The notes under the pieces were generated by a model, which was given only the letters and a program-made list of their open reading frames with translations, was not told the origin of the DNA and made no database searches. The position numbers and the translations under genes are program-made. From Camelus ferus (taxonomy: Eukaryota), in assembly GCF_009834535.1 (NCBI RefSeq), contig NC_045697.1, forward strand, positions 40,550,001-40,614,000: a DNA stretch of 64,000 nucleotides, in the 5' to 3' direction. Below, piece by piece: positions 13,549 through 27,800 of the stretch; the first letter of the stretch is position 1; every line of letters begins with the position of its first letter.

Positions 13549-15979
13549 AAAGAAACAGCGGGACAAAGTAAAGAAATAAGTAACTTAAGAACTCTAAGTA
13601 AAAAGATGAATTTAGGTCTGTGTGAATTATTACTTACTATGGTTATGAAAGCCATTTTTGCCTTATGAATGTTTCAAAGAAATGTAATCTTTCATTTCAT
13701 TTTTATAGTTAGTAAAACTATCAAATGACTATCTGATCATATTTGAGTCTCAAAACCACCCTAGAAGATAAATAGGAAGGCTTTATTTTTTCCCCCCTAT
13801 TTTGTAGATGAAGAAAGCAGTGACTTCACCAAGGTCTCTTGGCTGGTAAAAAGTAGTTCAGGTCTGGACTTAGATCTTCCATTTCTATTCCAAGTCCTCT
13901 TTCAGCTATGCAACTGCCTTTGAATAAGCTCATACAGTTGGGCAAAGATCTAATTTCACATCAACACTTCATAGTTAAGTCTTCAAGAATAATAACTTTA
14001 TATTCAAAAATGTGTCTCACTTCTGCATTTTTCAAATAGAGTTTTGTTTGCTCTTTCTGCAAAAATAACGATCTGCATTTTGTAGACAGTGCACACCAAA
14101 TTTGAATGTCTCAAAATATATTACTTTCTACTTATCCAAGAATAAATGGTATTCATCGTACTTAGCAAGAACATCATGGGTTTCATTTTCAAAGTATTTT
14201 GCAAGCATCAGCTAATTAAGCCTCCTGTATTCTTCAGTTTAACAGTTGTTTTCAAAAATCTCTCATTTCCCAGGAAAGTTCTCCACTGTGCCTTATTTAT
14301 ATAAATCAGCACATTTGTTCAGTTCTTAAAATAAAAAGTTAAAGGCCGTGAAATTATTTTTGATCACTGTGTGGCAAATACGATCAGCTCAGTGAGGCAA
14401 AAGTGCCCAGTGACTGGCTGGTCTGAAGGACAAAGAGGAACACAGCAGAAGAACTCAAGGCCTTCTACATTCTAGATACTTGATTGTTCCACAAGGTTCT
14501 ATCTTTACAACACAGGCATCTGCTTTACAGTTGAAAACTTGAGGTGGTTTCCTGCTTGGATCATTCTAAATGACATAACCACAGCCTGTTTTTAAATTTT
14601 GTTTTTGATTTCAGGATGGAAACAAACACGAGACCCCTAAAAAAACAGTTCGAACCTGGGACACAGTAAATAATCAGGGGCCATGCAGGAAATGTTGGGG
14701 TTGACTCCCAAAAAGCCAGCACAACTGGCCACTAAGCTCATACGACAAACTCTATACTTATCCTGTGTTAATATGTCTCCTCCACAGCTATACCAAGATT
14801 CTTATCATTCTATAGCTCCTTTGGGTTAAGGCCAATGTGAAGATACCTCTTACTTAAGACTAGAAAGACATTAACTCAGGAATTTTCTTATCTCCTATCT
14901 GTGGATTAGATGCATGCAGAAAACTAGAATTTAAATATGTGGGATATAGGACAAGTGAGTTTGTTTTATTGAGAGAACCAAATGTGAAAACATTCTGGAA
15001 CCAGGACTCCTAGGTAGCTTGAAGTCACCAAGGGGAAGAAGACATGAAGAGAGGGAGAAGAAAAAGTAAGGAAGACTAAAGATTCATTTCCCTTATACCA
15101 CACTAAATATAAGACATAAATGACTACAATGCTAATATTGATGACAGGTACCAGGCAGAGCAATGGAAATAATAATCATTTACACATATACATCATTTCA
15201 GAGTTTGCAAAGAGCTTCCCCACCTCAGTGGCTCCCTTTGCCATTGGAATTGTTGTTCTCACTCTCTATATGAAGTTTAGAGAGATTAAGTAATTTGCTC
15301 AAAGTAGCATTTACTACCTGGCAGAGCCAGGGCCGAAAGCCAGACTTCTGATTTCTAGTCTGCAACCAGTTCTGTGAGACCACATGAGAACCTGGATTCT
15401 GAATCCACAGTGCTGCGTTCTAGTCCTTGCTCACCTCTTAAGCCTTGCACATTTAGCCAAATAAGTTAGATTCTTCAAGCTTCTGTTTTTTTATAGTTAA
15501 ATGTTATCTATCCTCCTTTCCTTAATGGATCAAATGAGACAGTATACAGGAAAATATTTTATAAACTGAGAAAATCATGACTGCTATGTAAGTCAAAGTA
15601 GGTTAACTAAGTCCGATTTAATGAATTGGTATTTCTCAGTGCCTTACCTCAACACCTCCTTACAGTTAAGCCTTCCTCCCTTTTGTCTAGAAGAACAAAG
15701 AATCCCTCTTTCTCTTCAAAGTTAAACCTTCCACCTGTGCTTTAATATTAGACCAGCAAATACTTACCAAGAGCTTACTGAGATTCTATTATCTCATTTA
15801 ATCTCCATCATCATGTTACAGATAAAGAAACTGAGGCTCCAAAAAGCCGAGTAATTTATCCCAGATTATAAACATTGAGTATTAGAGCCCAGGAAATCCT
15901 GTTTCAGAGCCTATGCCTTTAAATCACTGTGCAATATTGCCTTCCCAATAACTCAGGCAACTTCTCTGTTTTCCCCCAT

Positions 15980-16405
15980 TTCAGTTACTTGTTACTGCAT
16001 AACAACCCAACCCCAAAATTAAACAGCTTAAATCCAGTCCCCTTATTCACACAGACTCTGCAATCTGTACTAGCTCAACTAGGTGGTTCTTCTGTTGACT
16101 TTGTCCAGAGTCATTCATGAGGTAGTTGGGAGCTCAGCTGGGGCTGAACCTGCCCCACATGGTCTCATCCTCCAGGGTTCTCTTAACCATTCAGCGGTCT
16201 GGACTAGCCTGTGGTCCAAGCTTTTGAACAGCATGGCAGATGGTTTCCACAGGACAAATCCCACTCTGCAAGTACTTCCCAGGCCTCTGCTGTCATCATA
16301 CTTGCAATGCCCCACTGGCCAGAACTAGTCACAAAGCCAAGGGCAAAGTCACTGGGCATGAAACTCAGGAGGTATACTTCACTGGGCGCCATCACTGTTT
16401 ACCAC
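15980..16405. mobile_element. MaLR (MLT1-type) LTR relic
   Basis: tgttactgcataacaacccaaccccaaaattaaacagcttaaa...cccactggccagaactagtcacaaagcc. Confidence 0.65.
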
Positions 16406-17183
16406 ATCTCCTCTCCTCCCCTCTGTCTTCTCATTCATCACTTATGCTTTCCCCTCAGCACAGGAAATACTTGGTTGACCACATTTGAGTACAAATAAAC
16501 ATTTCTTGTGACTGCACTTTCCCTTAAGCTATCTTACTCTCCTTCCTTTCATAGCCAACCATCTTAAGAGTGGTCTACATTCACTGTCTTCATTCCATTA
16601 CTGTCTATCTACTTCCCAGGCACGAAGACTGGACTCCACCAACACTACTGCACCAACACTATTCTCCCTCAACTCTCCAATAACCTCTGCATTTCCAGAG
16701 GCAGTGGACAATGCCCAGCCTTGTTTACTTTGACCTGTCTGTAACATTTAACATTTTCTTTTTCTTATGTGACGTTCCCTTCCCCCATCCTTTGTATCTT
16801 TAGTTCTTCCCATTCTCTAATGGCACCTAATGGTCTTCACCCACTAGGATTTTGGCTCTTCCCTTCTGTTCTACCCACCGTATAGATTTTTGTGCTAAAA
16901 GCACCCAAACTATATCTGTAGCCTCAAGCTCTATGCTTACCTCCAGACCCATTTATCTAGGTACATCTCTACTTAAATTCAACAAGTCAAAAAACTAATT
17001 CACCATCTTTCTTGTAAAACCGGATCCCCTTATAATCCTTTATCTTAGTTTTAACACCACCATTTACCCAGTTGCCCAAATTAGAAATGTGATAGCCCAA
17101 GACTTTTCCTTCTCTTCTTCCCACAGCATACGATTTGTTAGTAAGTCTTATCTGTTCTATGTTTAAATATTTCTCAGAACTTC

Positions 17184-17585
17184 CAGTGTTATACTGGCAA
17201 GTATTTAACAACCAGATTTTGTGGGGAAAGGAGGATTAGTAGCATTTGATGATTTCCATGGTATAATCCTCCCACCATGGCTGATTTCAAGCTGTTAACA
17301 TGACATCACTGAACTGAATTGGGAAGAGAAGCGCATTACCACGCATTATATAGTATATCCACCTACAGATACAATAGGCATAAATAAGGTCAAGAGAGTA
17401 AGTGACAGTATATGTAGTAAAGTAAATATAAAGCAGTGAGTTTTGAGTATTTATTTCTTTTGTTTTTAATATAATTAAAGTGTATATAATTTAATTTTTA
17501 ATGATGGCTTTGTTTAATAGCCAGCTCACAAAATTCCCAGAAATTTAACAATTGGCTCTCATGAGCCAGTATGAGCTGGATCTAT
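17184..17585 (-). mobile_element. MER63-like hAT DNA transposon inserted in an L2 relic
   Basis: Ends cagtgttatactggcaagtatttaacaacc... and ...aatttaacaattggctctcatgagccagtatgagctgg, resembling MER63 termini. Confidence 0.7.
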
Positions 17586-18045
17586 CCCTCTCTTTTCCAT
17601 TCAGAGGCCAGAGGCAACATTTAAGGCTCTGACCACTTCTCACCCTAATATTTCAATTTCTTCCTAGTAAGTCTACTTTCTACTTCTAGAGGATCTGTCC
17701 TCTACATAGCTGTTCCAAGGACTCTTCCTAACATTCAAATCTGATTATATCACTCCCCAACTTACAATCAGTCATTCAGTTCCCATAGCTTTTCAGCCGG
17801 AACTTAAAATTCTGAATTTAATGCACAAAGACTTGCCTTGTTTTGAGCTTTGCCTCCCTCCACTTCACCCACTAACACCCTAGTGACTTAAACATATTCT
17901 GTCTTATGTCTGTGGACCTTCACCTATGCTGCTTTCACCCTCTAGATTGCCCTTCCATCTTTCATACAGCTAACTAGTACTGAGTGAGTGGTTTTTCAAA
18001 CCTCACATCAAGAACTACCTTCTCTGAAAATCTTTTCCATACATG

Positions 18046-18290
18046 GCAGTATAGCACGGTGGTTAAGAAGACAGACATAAAACCAAATGGCCAGGTCTGA
18101 AATATTGGTTCTGCTACTTAGCTGAGTAACCTTGAACATGTTGCTTAACTTTAGTTTCCTTACTAGTAAAGCGATGAAAATAAAATGCTACCTTGTAGGA
18201 ATGTTGGGAAGATTCAAAGAGTTAGTATGTGCAAAACTCTCAGAACAGTGCTTATAACTTAAGTACTCAGAACTCAGTAAATATTAGTAC
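18046..18290 (+). mobile_element. MIR SINE (near full length)
   Basis: gcagtatagcacggtggttaagaa...ctgctacttagctgagtaaccttgaacatgttgcttaac...cagaacagtgc. Confidence 0.8.
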
Positions 18291-19037
18291 TATTAACTAC
18301 CTAATTGTAAATGCTTCTTTCTGTATTTTCATTGCATTATGTACATGCTGCTCACATTATACTGAATCATCGATTTACTTGACTTCTTCCTTTATAACTC
18401 TTCAAGACAGAAACCACGGGACCCTGTGCCTATGCAGTGTCTAGTAAGTGCTCAATAAATGAGTGAAAGAGTGAATGAGTGATGTGAGCTCTGGCCAACA
18501 GGACACATATTTCTTTTTAACTCATTCAGCTGCATTAGATTTAAGAAAGTGAAGGGAATTTGTGAGATCCTTTGATCAAATTAAAGGGAAATACTTTCTC
18601 AAATTTAATTATCTATACATACTGCTATAAAAACTAAAATCAGAAAGAAATTAGCCTTAAAACCCACAACACGTTTGATGATTCTTGCTTCCCCTTTATG
18701 TTACTACCATTTATAAGAAATGTGGTTACAGCCTCTTAGCCTAATTCCATTGTTATTTGCGATGAATGTAGAAAAGAATCCTGGAGTTAAAGGGAGCTTT
18801 GGTAAATGAGTGGGCAAAAGAGACTATAAATGTTCCACTGGAAAATTATTCTAACTTCACAGCAACACTTAAATTATATAATTTTCTGAGGCTCTAAGTT
18901 ATTTATCCAACAATAGCACTTTTATTTTTATGGAAAATGAAAAAGGAAAGAAGAAAAATGTATTGGCCACCTCCTAGGTATCACACATTTTTACAAATAC
19001 TATTTCTTCTAATCTTCACAAAACTGAATTAGTTATT

Positions 19038-19500
19038 GTATGAATCAGGGTTCTGGGTAGGGGGAATATATATATCTGTTTATGTTTATTTATAGAGAGA
19101 GATTGATTTATTATAAGGAAATGACTCATGGAATTATAGGCACTGATAAAGTGCCATTATTTGCCTTCTGCCAGCTGGCAACCCAGTAAACATGGTGATA
19201 CCATGTAACTCTACAGTCTTAGTCTGAAGGTCTGAGCACCAGGAGCACTAATGTATGTTCCAGTCCAAGGGCAGAAGAAGACCAATGTCCCCCCTCAAAC
19301 AGTGGCGGACAGAGCCAATTCTCCCATATTACAACTTCTTGTTCTATGCAGGCCCTCAACAAATTGGATGAAGCCCACCCACACTGGAAGGGCAATCAGC
19401 TTTACACAGTCTACTGATTCAAATGCTAACCTCTTCTGGAAACACCCTCAAAGACGCATCTAGAAATAGTGTTTAACCAGATAGCTGGGCATCCCACTAG
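19038..19500. mobile_element. ERVL LTR (MLT2-like)
   Basis: ggatgaagcccacccacactggaagggcaatcagctttacacagtctactgattcaaatgctaacctc, an MLT2 hallmark. Confidence 0.75.
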
Positions 19501-19501
19501 C

Positions 19502-19735
19502 CAATAGTTCTCAGTCAGGGTGAATTTGCCCTCCAGGGTTACTCGGCAATGTTTGGAGACATTTTTGGTTGTCATAACTGGTGAGGAATGGGGGACTTGC
19601 TACTGACATCTAGTGGGCAGAAGAAGTTAGGGATACTGCCAAACATCTTACAATCTTACATCCAAAGGACCACCCCCCACAACAAGAATTATCCAGCCCA
19701 AGTGTTAACAGTGCCAAGATAAAATGACCCTGCAC
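19502..19735. mobile_element. MER20 hAT-Charlie DNA transposon
   Basis: gttctcag...ggcaatgtttggagacatttttggttgtcataactgg...tgctactgacatctagtggg...acaacaagaattatccagccc. Confidence 0.8.
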
Positions 19736-20482
19736 TAAATTATACTATTTTATATTTTAACAGTTTTCTAAAACATTAAAATAGTAATAATATGCTGATT
19801 TAAAATATAAATGACTAGAGTTCCATAAATCTAATAAATACTGGTGGAATGAATGAATGAATGTTAAATTCTAGAAGATAGAGGAAGGAAACTGAATTTT
19901 TTAATGGCTCTTTACAATTAGCATTTACTAAGAGAGTAAAATATTTTAAATTATCAATAATAGAGGTAGAAAATAGATTCTACTTATTTCCTTGAAGTAT
20001 TAAATAGCATGTATAAAATACTTTATTTTTCATACAATATAATCATAAAATACATTTTTAGAGGGTTTAGTAGTTTAAGGAAAAAAGACAGAAGCAGTTT
20101 GTGATTCATGAAATTCATAGAATTATTTCTAATTTTACAATCATGAAATATTAGTGCTGGAGGATCACCCTCTTCATTGTTCATTACCTAAGAAAACGAT
20201 CTAAGAAAGGGTAATTGACTTGACTGAGGTCTCTTGGCTAGTTAGGGACAGTGCTGAAGCCAGACTCTAGCTCTCATTACAGTTTAATTTTTTCACTAGA
20301 AGGTGTCTTTTAATACAAGTGAAATGTCACGAGTCTTTGTGGGAAAGGAGGGTGATGCACTGTATGTTTTTTATTTAAACGTGTTATTGGTTCAAGGGAA
20401 ATTTAATTTTTATGCTTTTTCCTTGTTTAGACAAAAAAAAAAAGAAAGAAAAAAGAGCACTATTGACAGGGACTGTTTTTCC

Positions 20483-20625
20483 TTTAATGGAGGCACTGAG
20501 GATTGAACCCAGAACCTTGTGTATATTGAGTACGTGCTCTACCACTGAGCTATACCTCACACCCCAAGCTATTGATTGTTTTTAGTGAAGGTACTAGGGG
20601 TTGAATCCAGGATTTCATGCATGTG
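20483..20625 (-). mobile_element. Two adjacent tRNA-derived SINE copies (Vic-1-like); the second is truncated
   Basis: Reverse complement shows A-box tatagctcagtggtagag and B-box ggttcaatcc; second B-box near 20600. Confidence 0.8.
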
Positions 20626-21369
20626 GAAGGGACTTCTGATGTCAAAGACCACAACCAACCTTCTATGACAAGCAACACAGAAAAATGTATTTTGCCAAGT
20701 ATGTAAAACCTTAAACCTTAGAGTGTTTGGAACTCTTATTTAAAAACTCAAAGTGAATTCTTAATTTTTCTCAATACTGGGTTGGGTTTTTTAATTTTTT
20801 CTTCTTTTCTGTATCTCTGGGTAAGAGGTAAATGGAGATCTTTATTTGCAAAAGAGCTGGGAAAGTGCTGGAGCAGGAGCCGGGAAAGCTGTGTTCAAGC
20901 CCAGTTCCCCCTCTTAACAGCTCTGTGACACCCCCAGCATGTCACATCGTAGCCTTTCTAGGCCTGTTCTTCCTCTGCCATGTTTTGGGTTGTTGCAAAG
21001 ATCGAATAAGATAATATTCCATTTGTAAATTTGTTTGGTAAGCCCAAGGCACTTTGATAATGTAAAATTCTAGTATCTCTTATATACCATTACTGGTTCT
21101 AAATAATGTTTATTTAAAGATACAAATGATGTAAACACATTTCACAGTAGTACTCGGAATTTCTACTTGTTATGTATGGTCATTTTCAGAGGGATCCAAA
21201 AGAGGGCCACCCAGTGGGATCTGAATAATGGGATAGGCAGAAGTGTGTTTTTATTTGTTTCCAACATGATAAGGAAGTTTGCCTTGGCACATATAGCCTC
21301 CTTTTCTTCAATAAAAATTCGATTTGCTAAGTTAGAACCAAAGAGCTATAGTAATTATTATGTGTCCTA

Positions 21370-21418
<49 letters not shown>
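21370..21418. repeat. (TAA)n microsatellite, about 16 units; imperfect copy at 21510-21560
   Basis: Directly visible. Confidence 0.95.
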
Positions 21419-21419
<1 letters not shown>

Positions 21420-21527
21420 AAATCAGATGAAGAAATGGAAAACATCTGTTGATTAAATTGGGTGGATAAAAGACATGTATATATTGTTACTCCCTGCTAA
21501 AATTCCAGTATAATAATACTAATAATA

Positions 21528-21560
<33 letters not shown>

Positions 21561-21569
21561 ACTCATAAT

Positions 21570-23800
21570 GACAAAGAAAAAAAAAGGAAGAGACAAAGAT
21601 AAAAGATATCAGCAAATTTTTAGAAGATGGAAAAGTCATTGGTAGAACAGGGAAAGCTTAAACCTAAGGGTTTTCTGAAACAAAGAAGGCCAATTCATAC
21701 TGCAGAATCCAGAAAAGTTTAAAGAATTGGAGGCAGCAGGTAATTTAAAAGCCGATCAGAGGGTAGAGGCTGAAATCAGGAGGACTGTTGAAAGGCTGTC
21801 AGATAAAAAAGACCCAAAATCTTTCCTCATGCCTGCACAGCCAGGAGGACCTCCCGTTCCACCCTAAACAGGAGAGCAGATTGTTCTCTGGCCCTGGACT
21901 CAAGGTAGGCACAGGGGAGGGTGGGATGTGGTGCTATGCAGGAGTCCAGGGACTAAATGAGAGTCATATATGCACTGAGAGATCTCCAGTCCCTCCACTC
22001 AGTCATCTTGCAGAATGCTAGCAACCAGGCTTTTACCTACCTCCTCAACGAATTAATCGATAGGAAAATCCTCTAAAGAAAAAAACTCCCCAAGAAAAGA
22101 TCTGACAATGACATTTGGGATGCCTCATCAAAACTGTTAGACTCCTGCCTCAGCACCCCTATCCAAGCTCTCCAAGGTGACAAGCCCTGCCCATGAAACT
22201 TCTGACTGGCTTCTTAGTGACTCACTATTAAACATTACCAGACAATCAAAGACATTAGACATTTGGGGAAAGCGTTCAACATGAAAAACAAAGACCAAAA
22301 TGCACAAACTAGAAAAAGAGGAATAATATGGAAACAGAAAATGTAGAGTGCAGAAGAAATTTTCAAAATGTTTGATTAATATCCTAAAAAAGATAAGAGT
22401 ATATATCATACTAACGAGAAAAGAAAAAGTTAATATTAAAAAAGGAGACCATTAGGAAATAAGAAATTGAAAATGTATGAGCAAATTTTTTAAAAAACAT
22501 CAATAGAAGACATGAAAGATAAAATTAAAGAAGTTTCCCAGAATAATATAAACAAGATGGGAAAGAGGAGCAAAGATGGTAAGTAAATTAAAGAATCAAC
22601 CCAAGAATTTGGACATTTAACTAATATGAATTCCAGAAGGAAAAGACAAAAATAAATAGAGGGGCAAAAATTAGCAAAGAATTAAAATGTAAATATCTCC
22701 CAGAACTGAAATATATGAATTTCCAAATTCAAAGGGCCTGATGACTACTTAAAAGTAAAAAAAGAAAAAGAAAAAAAGAATCCAAACAAAGGCAGAGGTT
22801 GTAATATTTCAGAACACTAGGGGTAAATATTAAAACTTTAAAACTTGCAGAAAGAAAGAAAAAATTCTCATTTTTAAAAATTGGGGAAAAAACTGACATT
22901 GGAGATCTTACTAGCAATGCTGGAAACTAGAAGAATATGGAACATGCTTAAAATTCTAAGAAAAAAATTTCTAGTCTAAAATTCTATATCCAGTCAAACT
23001 ATGTATCAAGTGAAAGATAAAATACAGATGTTTTTCTGATATGCAAAGTCTCAAAAATTCTGTCTCCTATATTCTGTTTCTCAGAAAGCTTCTGGAGGAT
23101 GTGCTCCATGAAAATGAGGGAGAACACCAAAAAAGAGAAACATATGGTATCCAAGTAGTGAGACCTCAAACATGAGAAAAGAGCAAAGGGAATTCCCAGG
23201 GTGGAGGTGACTAGAGATCCCAGGAGAAAAGCAGTGCAGCTGCCCACAGTGCTTCAGCCAAAAGGAGCAAGAGAAACACAGCTCCGGGCAGGGCATTTCC
23301 AAGGGGGCATATGGGACTAGGGGAGTTCCTTATGGATATGGGTTTGTTGTTGTTTTGTAGTTGTTGTTACCATATTCAAATGAAATTTTGTTGGAAAATT
23401 TCAGAAGAATTAAGTGATAGTTACTTGGGAAAGTCCTTTAAAAAGGGAGACAATTTCTAGGTCTGAACAAAAACAAAATGTTGTTCAAGAGAAGAAGTTT
23501 AAGTATGACTCAACACAAGAAATTACTACTTGTCTCAACAGTGAAGAATATTTACATTGTCATAAATGTTAAATAATGATTTAAATAAAAATTGTGACAT
23601 AATTATTTTAGAAAGAAGAGTACATGTGGTGTGTGTGTGTGTGTGAAGTGATAGCTGTTACAGTATTAAATCAGTTGAATAATGTTTAACATTATTAGAT
23701 TTTTTAAATATCCACTTAAGCACTTCTTCAAAAATACTGAGGTAACTAGCAGAAGAAATTAATCATTTTCTTTATAAACGTCAAAGTATTATTTAAAGCT
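21570..23800 (+). mobile_element. Old degenerate L1 (L1M-type) relic
   Basis: A-rich strand with L1 ORF1-like motifs (ccagaactgaaatatatgaatttccaaattcaaaggg; aaattctatatccagtcaaactat). Confidence 0.55.
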
Positions 23801-24793
23801 CTATGGATGCTTTTATGCATAGAACTATGATTGCAAAAAATAATTTGAAAGAGTCATTTTCTATTTCTGGGAGATCCAGAGAATCTCTATTAAAGAATAA
23901 AAACTGTACCCCTAATCTCAGTCAGAGTTCAGACTACCAAGCTTAGGGATACTCTGCAAGAAAATGTAGACAGCCCACTATTTTAAGAGAGTTCATCTGA
24001 AGGCCAATTTACTGAGCCTCACTTGTCTCATCTCTAAACTAAACAAGTTCATAGGGAACTAGCTAAACTCAAATGCAAGACAAATAACAAAAATGAGGCA
24101 GATCAGGTACAAATGGCAGCATCACTTACAGAGGAGAGTCTCTACTCAGACTCAGCCAATGGCTGCCATGAAGGCCCATTGTTGCTAAGAGGCCCAATGG
24201 TTCAAGAGAAACTGCAAAAATGAGTTTTTACATGAAAGCTCCAGATTTTAAAATAAACACACAGTGCCTGCCAAATAGAACCCACCTGCAGGCCACTACC
24301 AAGTCACAGATTGCCAAAGTGAGACCTCTAAATTAGATGAACATGGATGGCCCCTATAGGGCAGTCTGATGTCTCATTCCCCAAAATCTGTATTGGGTAT
24401 ATGAGTTTCTTCAACACCAGAGAGGAAGTTTGTTTTATCCAAACCTGACACACTGTATTACTTCACTCCATGACTTTCCCCTTCACTGTGAACACTCACA
24501 AATCTTCAGACCCAAGATCTGTATACAGCCTCTATCCAAGGAAACATAGTCATCAACAGACAAGTTCTACCAAACACAGCTGGGCCAAAAAATCAAAGAG
24601 GTATTCTCACAGGGACACAATCGGGTAAAAAGTGTCATAAATCTGTCTTTTCAGATGTGTTAGTCCACAAAGACAACAATCCCTCTTAAAAACAGAGGAC
24701 ACTGTCAATCTCAGGAGAGTATCTTTTCATCTTTCATGAGAAAACTTTTAACCACCACTGCTAATTATCTTCTTGGTTTACAGGTCTAGAAAG

Positions 24794-24847
24794 ATGAAGA
24801 CCGTGGCTTTTTTCCTATACATGTTGGGAACTGTAGCTGCAATCCCG
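24794..24847 (+). CDS. SPARCL1: SPARCL1 first coding exon (signal peptide [18 protein letters not shown])
   Basis: Acceptor ttacag|G at 24783/24784, ATG at 24794, donor CCG|gtaagt, phase 0. Confidence 0.95.
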
Positions 24848-27800
24848 GTAAGTATCCTTTCTTCTGTTACTACATCTCTCCCTCCTGACATTTAGTTTAG
24901 AAATCCTCCATTTAAAAAGTTCTTATAAAGTGATTTGAAATTCTCTTTTTTATTTTAATCATATTATTTTTTCCCAAGCAGGGAATGAATGACTAGAAAA
25001 AAATGAAATGTGACTTTTTAAAAGTACATTTCTTTCAGAACTATCAGGTTCTGTAAGATACAATTAAAAATGCAGCGGAAAGTGTTGACTATCAGTTTAT
25101 TATCCAGGAAACATGCCCAAATAGCAAAGAGAACAGGAAGAAATAAATTCTCTGATGGAAGCTCATCACATTAGTATGAGAAATTTGGGGCAAATACCCA
25201 CATTCTCCAGTTGCATTTTCTTCAAGATCAATACATACTGGCTGAGAAATTCTGAGTCTGCAATGAAAACAGGAACCAATAGTTCAGGGACAGGAAATGG
25301 TATGGTAACCATAAACTGACTCCTAACTCATCCTTGGGGATCTGTCCAAGCAAACATGCTGAAAGCAGACAGGACTAGAACATTCTTTTCTTCACAGTCA
25401 GATATAACTGGCCCTGCCATTCACACAGCAATAAATCAGCAAATTGGATCATTTGAAACTATGTCAGCAGCCTCAAAATACATGAAAACTGACTTTTTGT
25501 TTGTTTAATGAAACTATGGTTTGGATGATCATTTGGCTATCTCCCAAATGATCCATATCATCCTTAATCAAACTAAAGGATTGATGCCAATTTTTTCCTT
25601 TTCACCAAATGGAGAAATCAACCTCCTTCAAACAGAAAGAGCAATTTATCTCTTGTCCTTTCTCTCCCTCCCTCTCTACTGCATCTACAATTCTGTCCTA
25701 CTTTTTGGATAGCTGGTAGCTAGCTTCTGGTTAACAGCTGTGTCAGCAAAGACTAACACCATGCCACCCAGCCCAAGCAGTTCTTGGAAAACAGAATTCA
25801 TGACCACCGCTAAGAATCATGCTTAAGTAGTGAGGAGCTACTCCAGCTGGAATTATACATTGTCCTCTGAAATTAAAAAAGTGGAAGAAATTATGTTCAG
25901 CACGTAAGTTCCCACAGAACCATTGTTTTCTCCTGAAAATGTGTTTTACCCTTGCAGCTGTTGCTACCATGTAAACAGTCATCAAAGTGTCTTTGAACCA
26001 AATGTTTGAATGACATGCTTGCATACAGACAAGTTCCAGATGTTTCCTTTTTAGGACAATCTGTTCTCATACAGACCCCATCAAATGCTAAAAAGCAAAG
26101 TAACTTCTCAAAGGATTTACCTATTAACAAGCTTGTGTCATTTTCCCCTCCTGCCTGAATTCTCCAGAAGTAAATGGATTCTGTGTAGTTAGGAGATTCC
26201 ACACAGATTTCCAGAGAGTATGTTGTTACAAAATATACCTGTGGACATAATGATGAAAGAGAACTTCACTTTCTGAAAATTTCTGAACAAAGATAAGCTG
26301 CTATGTTTTTTATGCATTTCTTCCAGCTTGCTGAGGGGGAGTGGGGGAGGAGGAACGGCACAGGGAGGGGGAGCAGTTCTCCACTAATAAGCCTAAAATC
26401 TCCTCCACTGTTGTCCTCCATTGGGCCCCTGCCAGCAACTTGCCAAGCTGGCCACCGTTCTTTCTCCATTTTCCTCTTTAAAATGGCTTCTTTGGAAAAG
26501 TTTTCAAATAGTATTCCTTTTAGTTGAAAAGGTAATAAGAAGCAAGAGAGCAAATCTACATCTAGAATAAATGCTATATTCCATGGCTTTCTTTATATTA
26601 TATAATCAGCCCTACAGGACCTGCTAATGGAGTAAAGATGAGTCCATCCAAATAGAATCTGAGTTTTAGACTTACACTTGGACCTGTCTGACATCTGAGT
26701 GTCCACAGAATCTCTCTAATAAAGATCTGTGATGAATACCTGCCTAAGGTATCAGACAGTTCCTATTATTACCACTGTATATTACTACTAGCTAGAGTAA
26801 TTTTTCATTTGGGTCCCCCGTAAAATTCACGAAATGCTTTATACACATAGCTTTATCTTGATATTTCTGCTCACTTCACCTCGAGAGATGAGGGAGTAGA
26901 GATTAACAATTTGTCAAACCACCGAAAGACAGTAAACAGCAGACAAGACTTAAAGGGAGGCCCTTTATCTCTAAGTCCAGTTGTTCAATTTCTCCATCAT
27001 GCATCACTGCCCAGCTCTTCATGTATGCCTCCAATCTTGCTAGACATAGAGCCATTCCTCTAGAGGAAATGACACTCCCTAGCTGTTCACCCCTCCTACA
27101 TTTGGTGTCTGTTTCACACAGGTTTTTTTTTTTCCACATAGTTTTTGAATTAGTTCTAGATTGAATTATTTGTATGACATGATTTCTTGATGAATATAAG
27201 ACCAATAATGTTAGGAAAGTACACAAATACTGAGTAAAAAGTCTGTAACTTTTTCTGCTAATTATCAATGAGTACTTAAAAGTTAAGAAAATGTACAACA
27301 CTAAATCCTATGGTTAATTTAATTTCAACTTTCTACTAAACAACATTTTTCAAAATTATAAAGTATAAATACTTTTTAAAAGTTAAAAAAAAGAAAATAA
27401 TTTAAAAATCAAAGGTTGCTATTACTGAAATCATTTTTGCTCTATTTCCTCACAATCTCTGCATATGTAACATTTTCCTAATCATGATTTGGATTTCGTT
27501 TTCACTTAAGATTATATTCTGAATATTTGCTTGTTCCCTTTAAACTTCTAGAAAATATCTTTTAGTTGATGATACGAATGAAGCATATTACTGCTAACAA
27601 TGATGACAAGAGAGTAACTAGAAATTTTAAACATTAACATCTAGACATGAATAACACAAACCAGTTTTTAATTTTTTTCAGACACAAGCAAGGTTCCTAT
27701 CTGATCATTCCAACCCAACTGCTGATTCCTTGAATTCCTTCCAAAAGACTGAAATGCTGGTAACAGCTGAGCGCACTGCAGTTCCCACTGTAAAGGCTGA

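Noticed and set aside
1..24783. SPARCL1 exon 1/promoter or another gene in the first 25 kb
   Set aside because: No recognisable first exon or spliceable coding chain. The short ORFs are repeat-derived or random, so this is most simply intron 1 with exon 1 upstream of the window.
26334..26372. G-quadruplex in a SPARCL1 intron
   Set aside because: Four G-runs are present but one loop is about 15 nt, and there is no other support for function.
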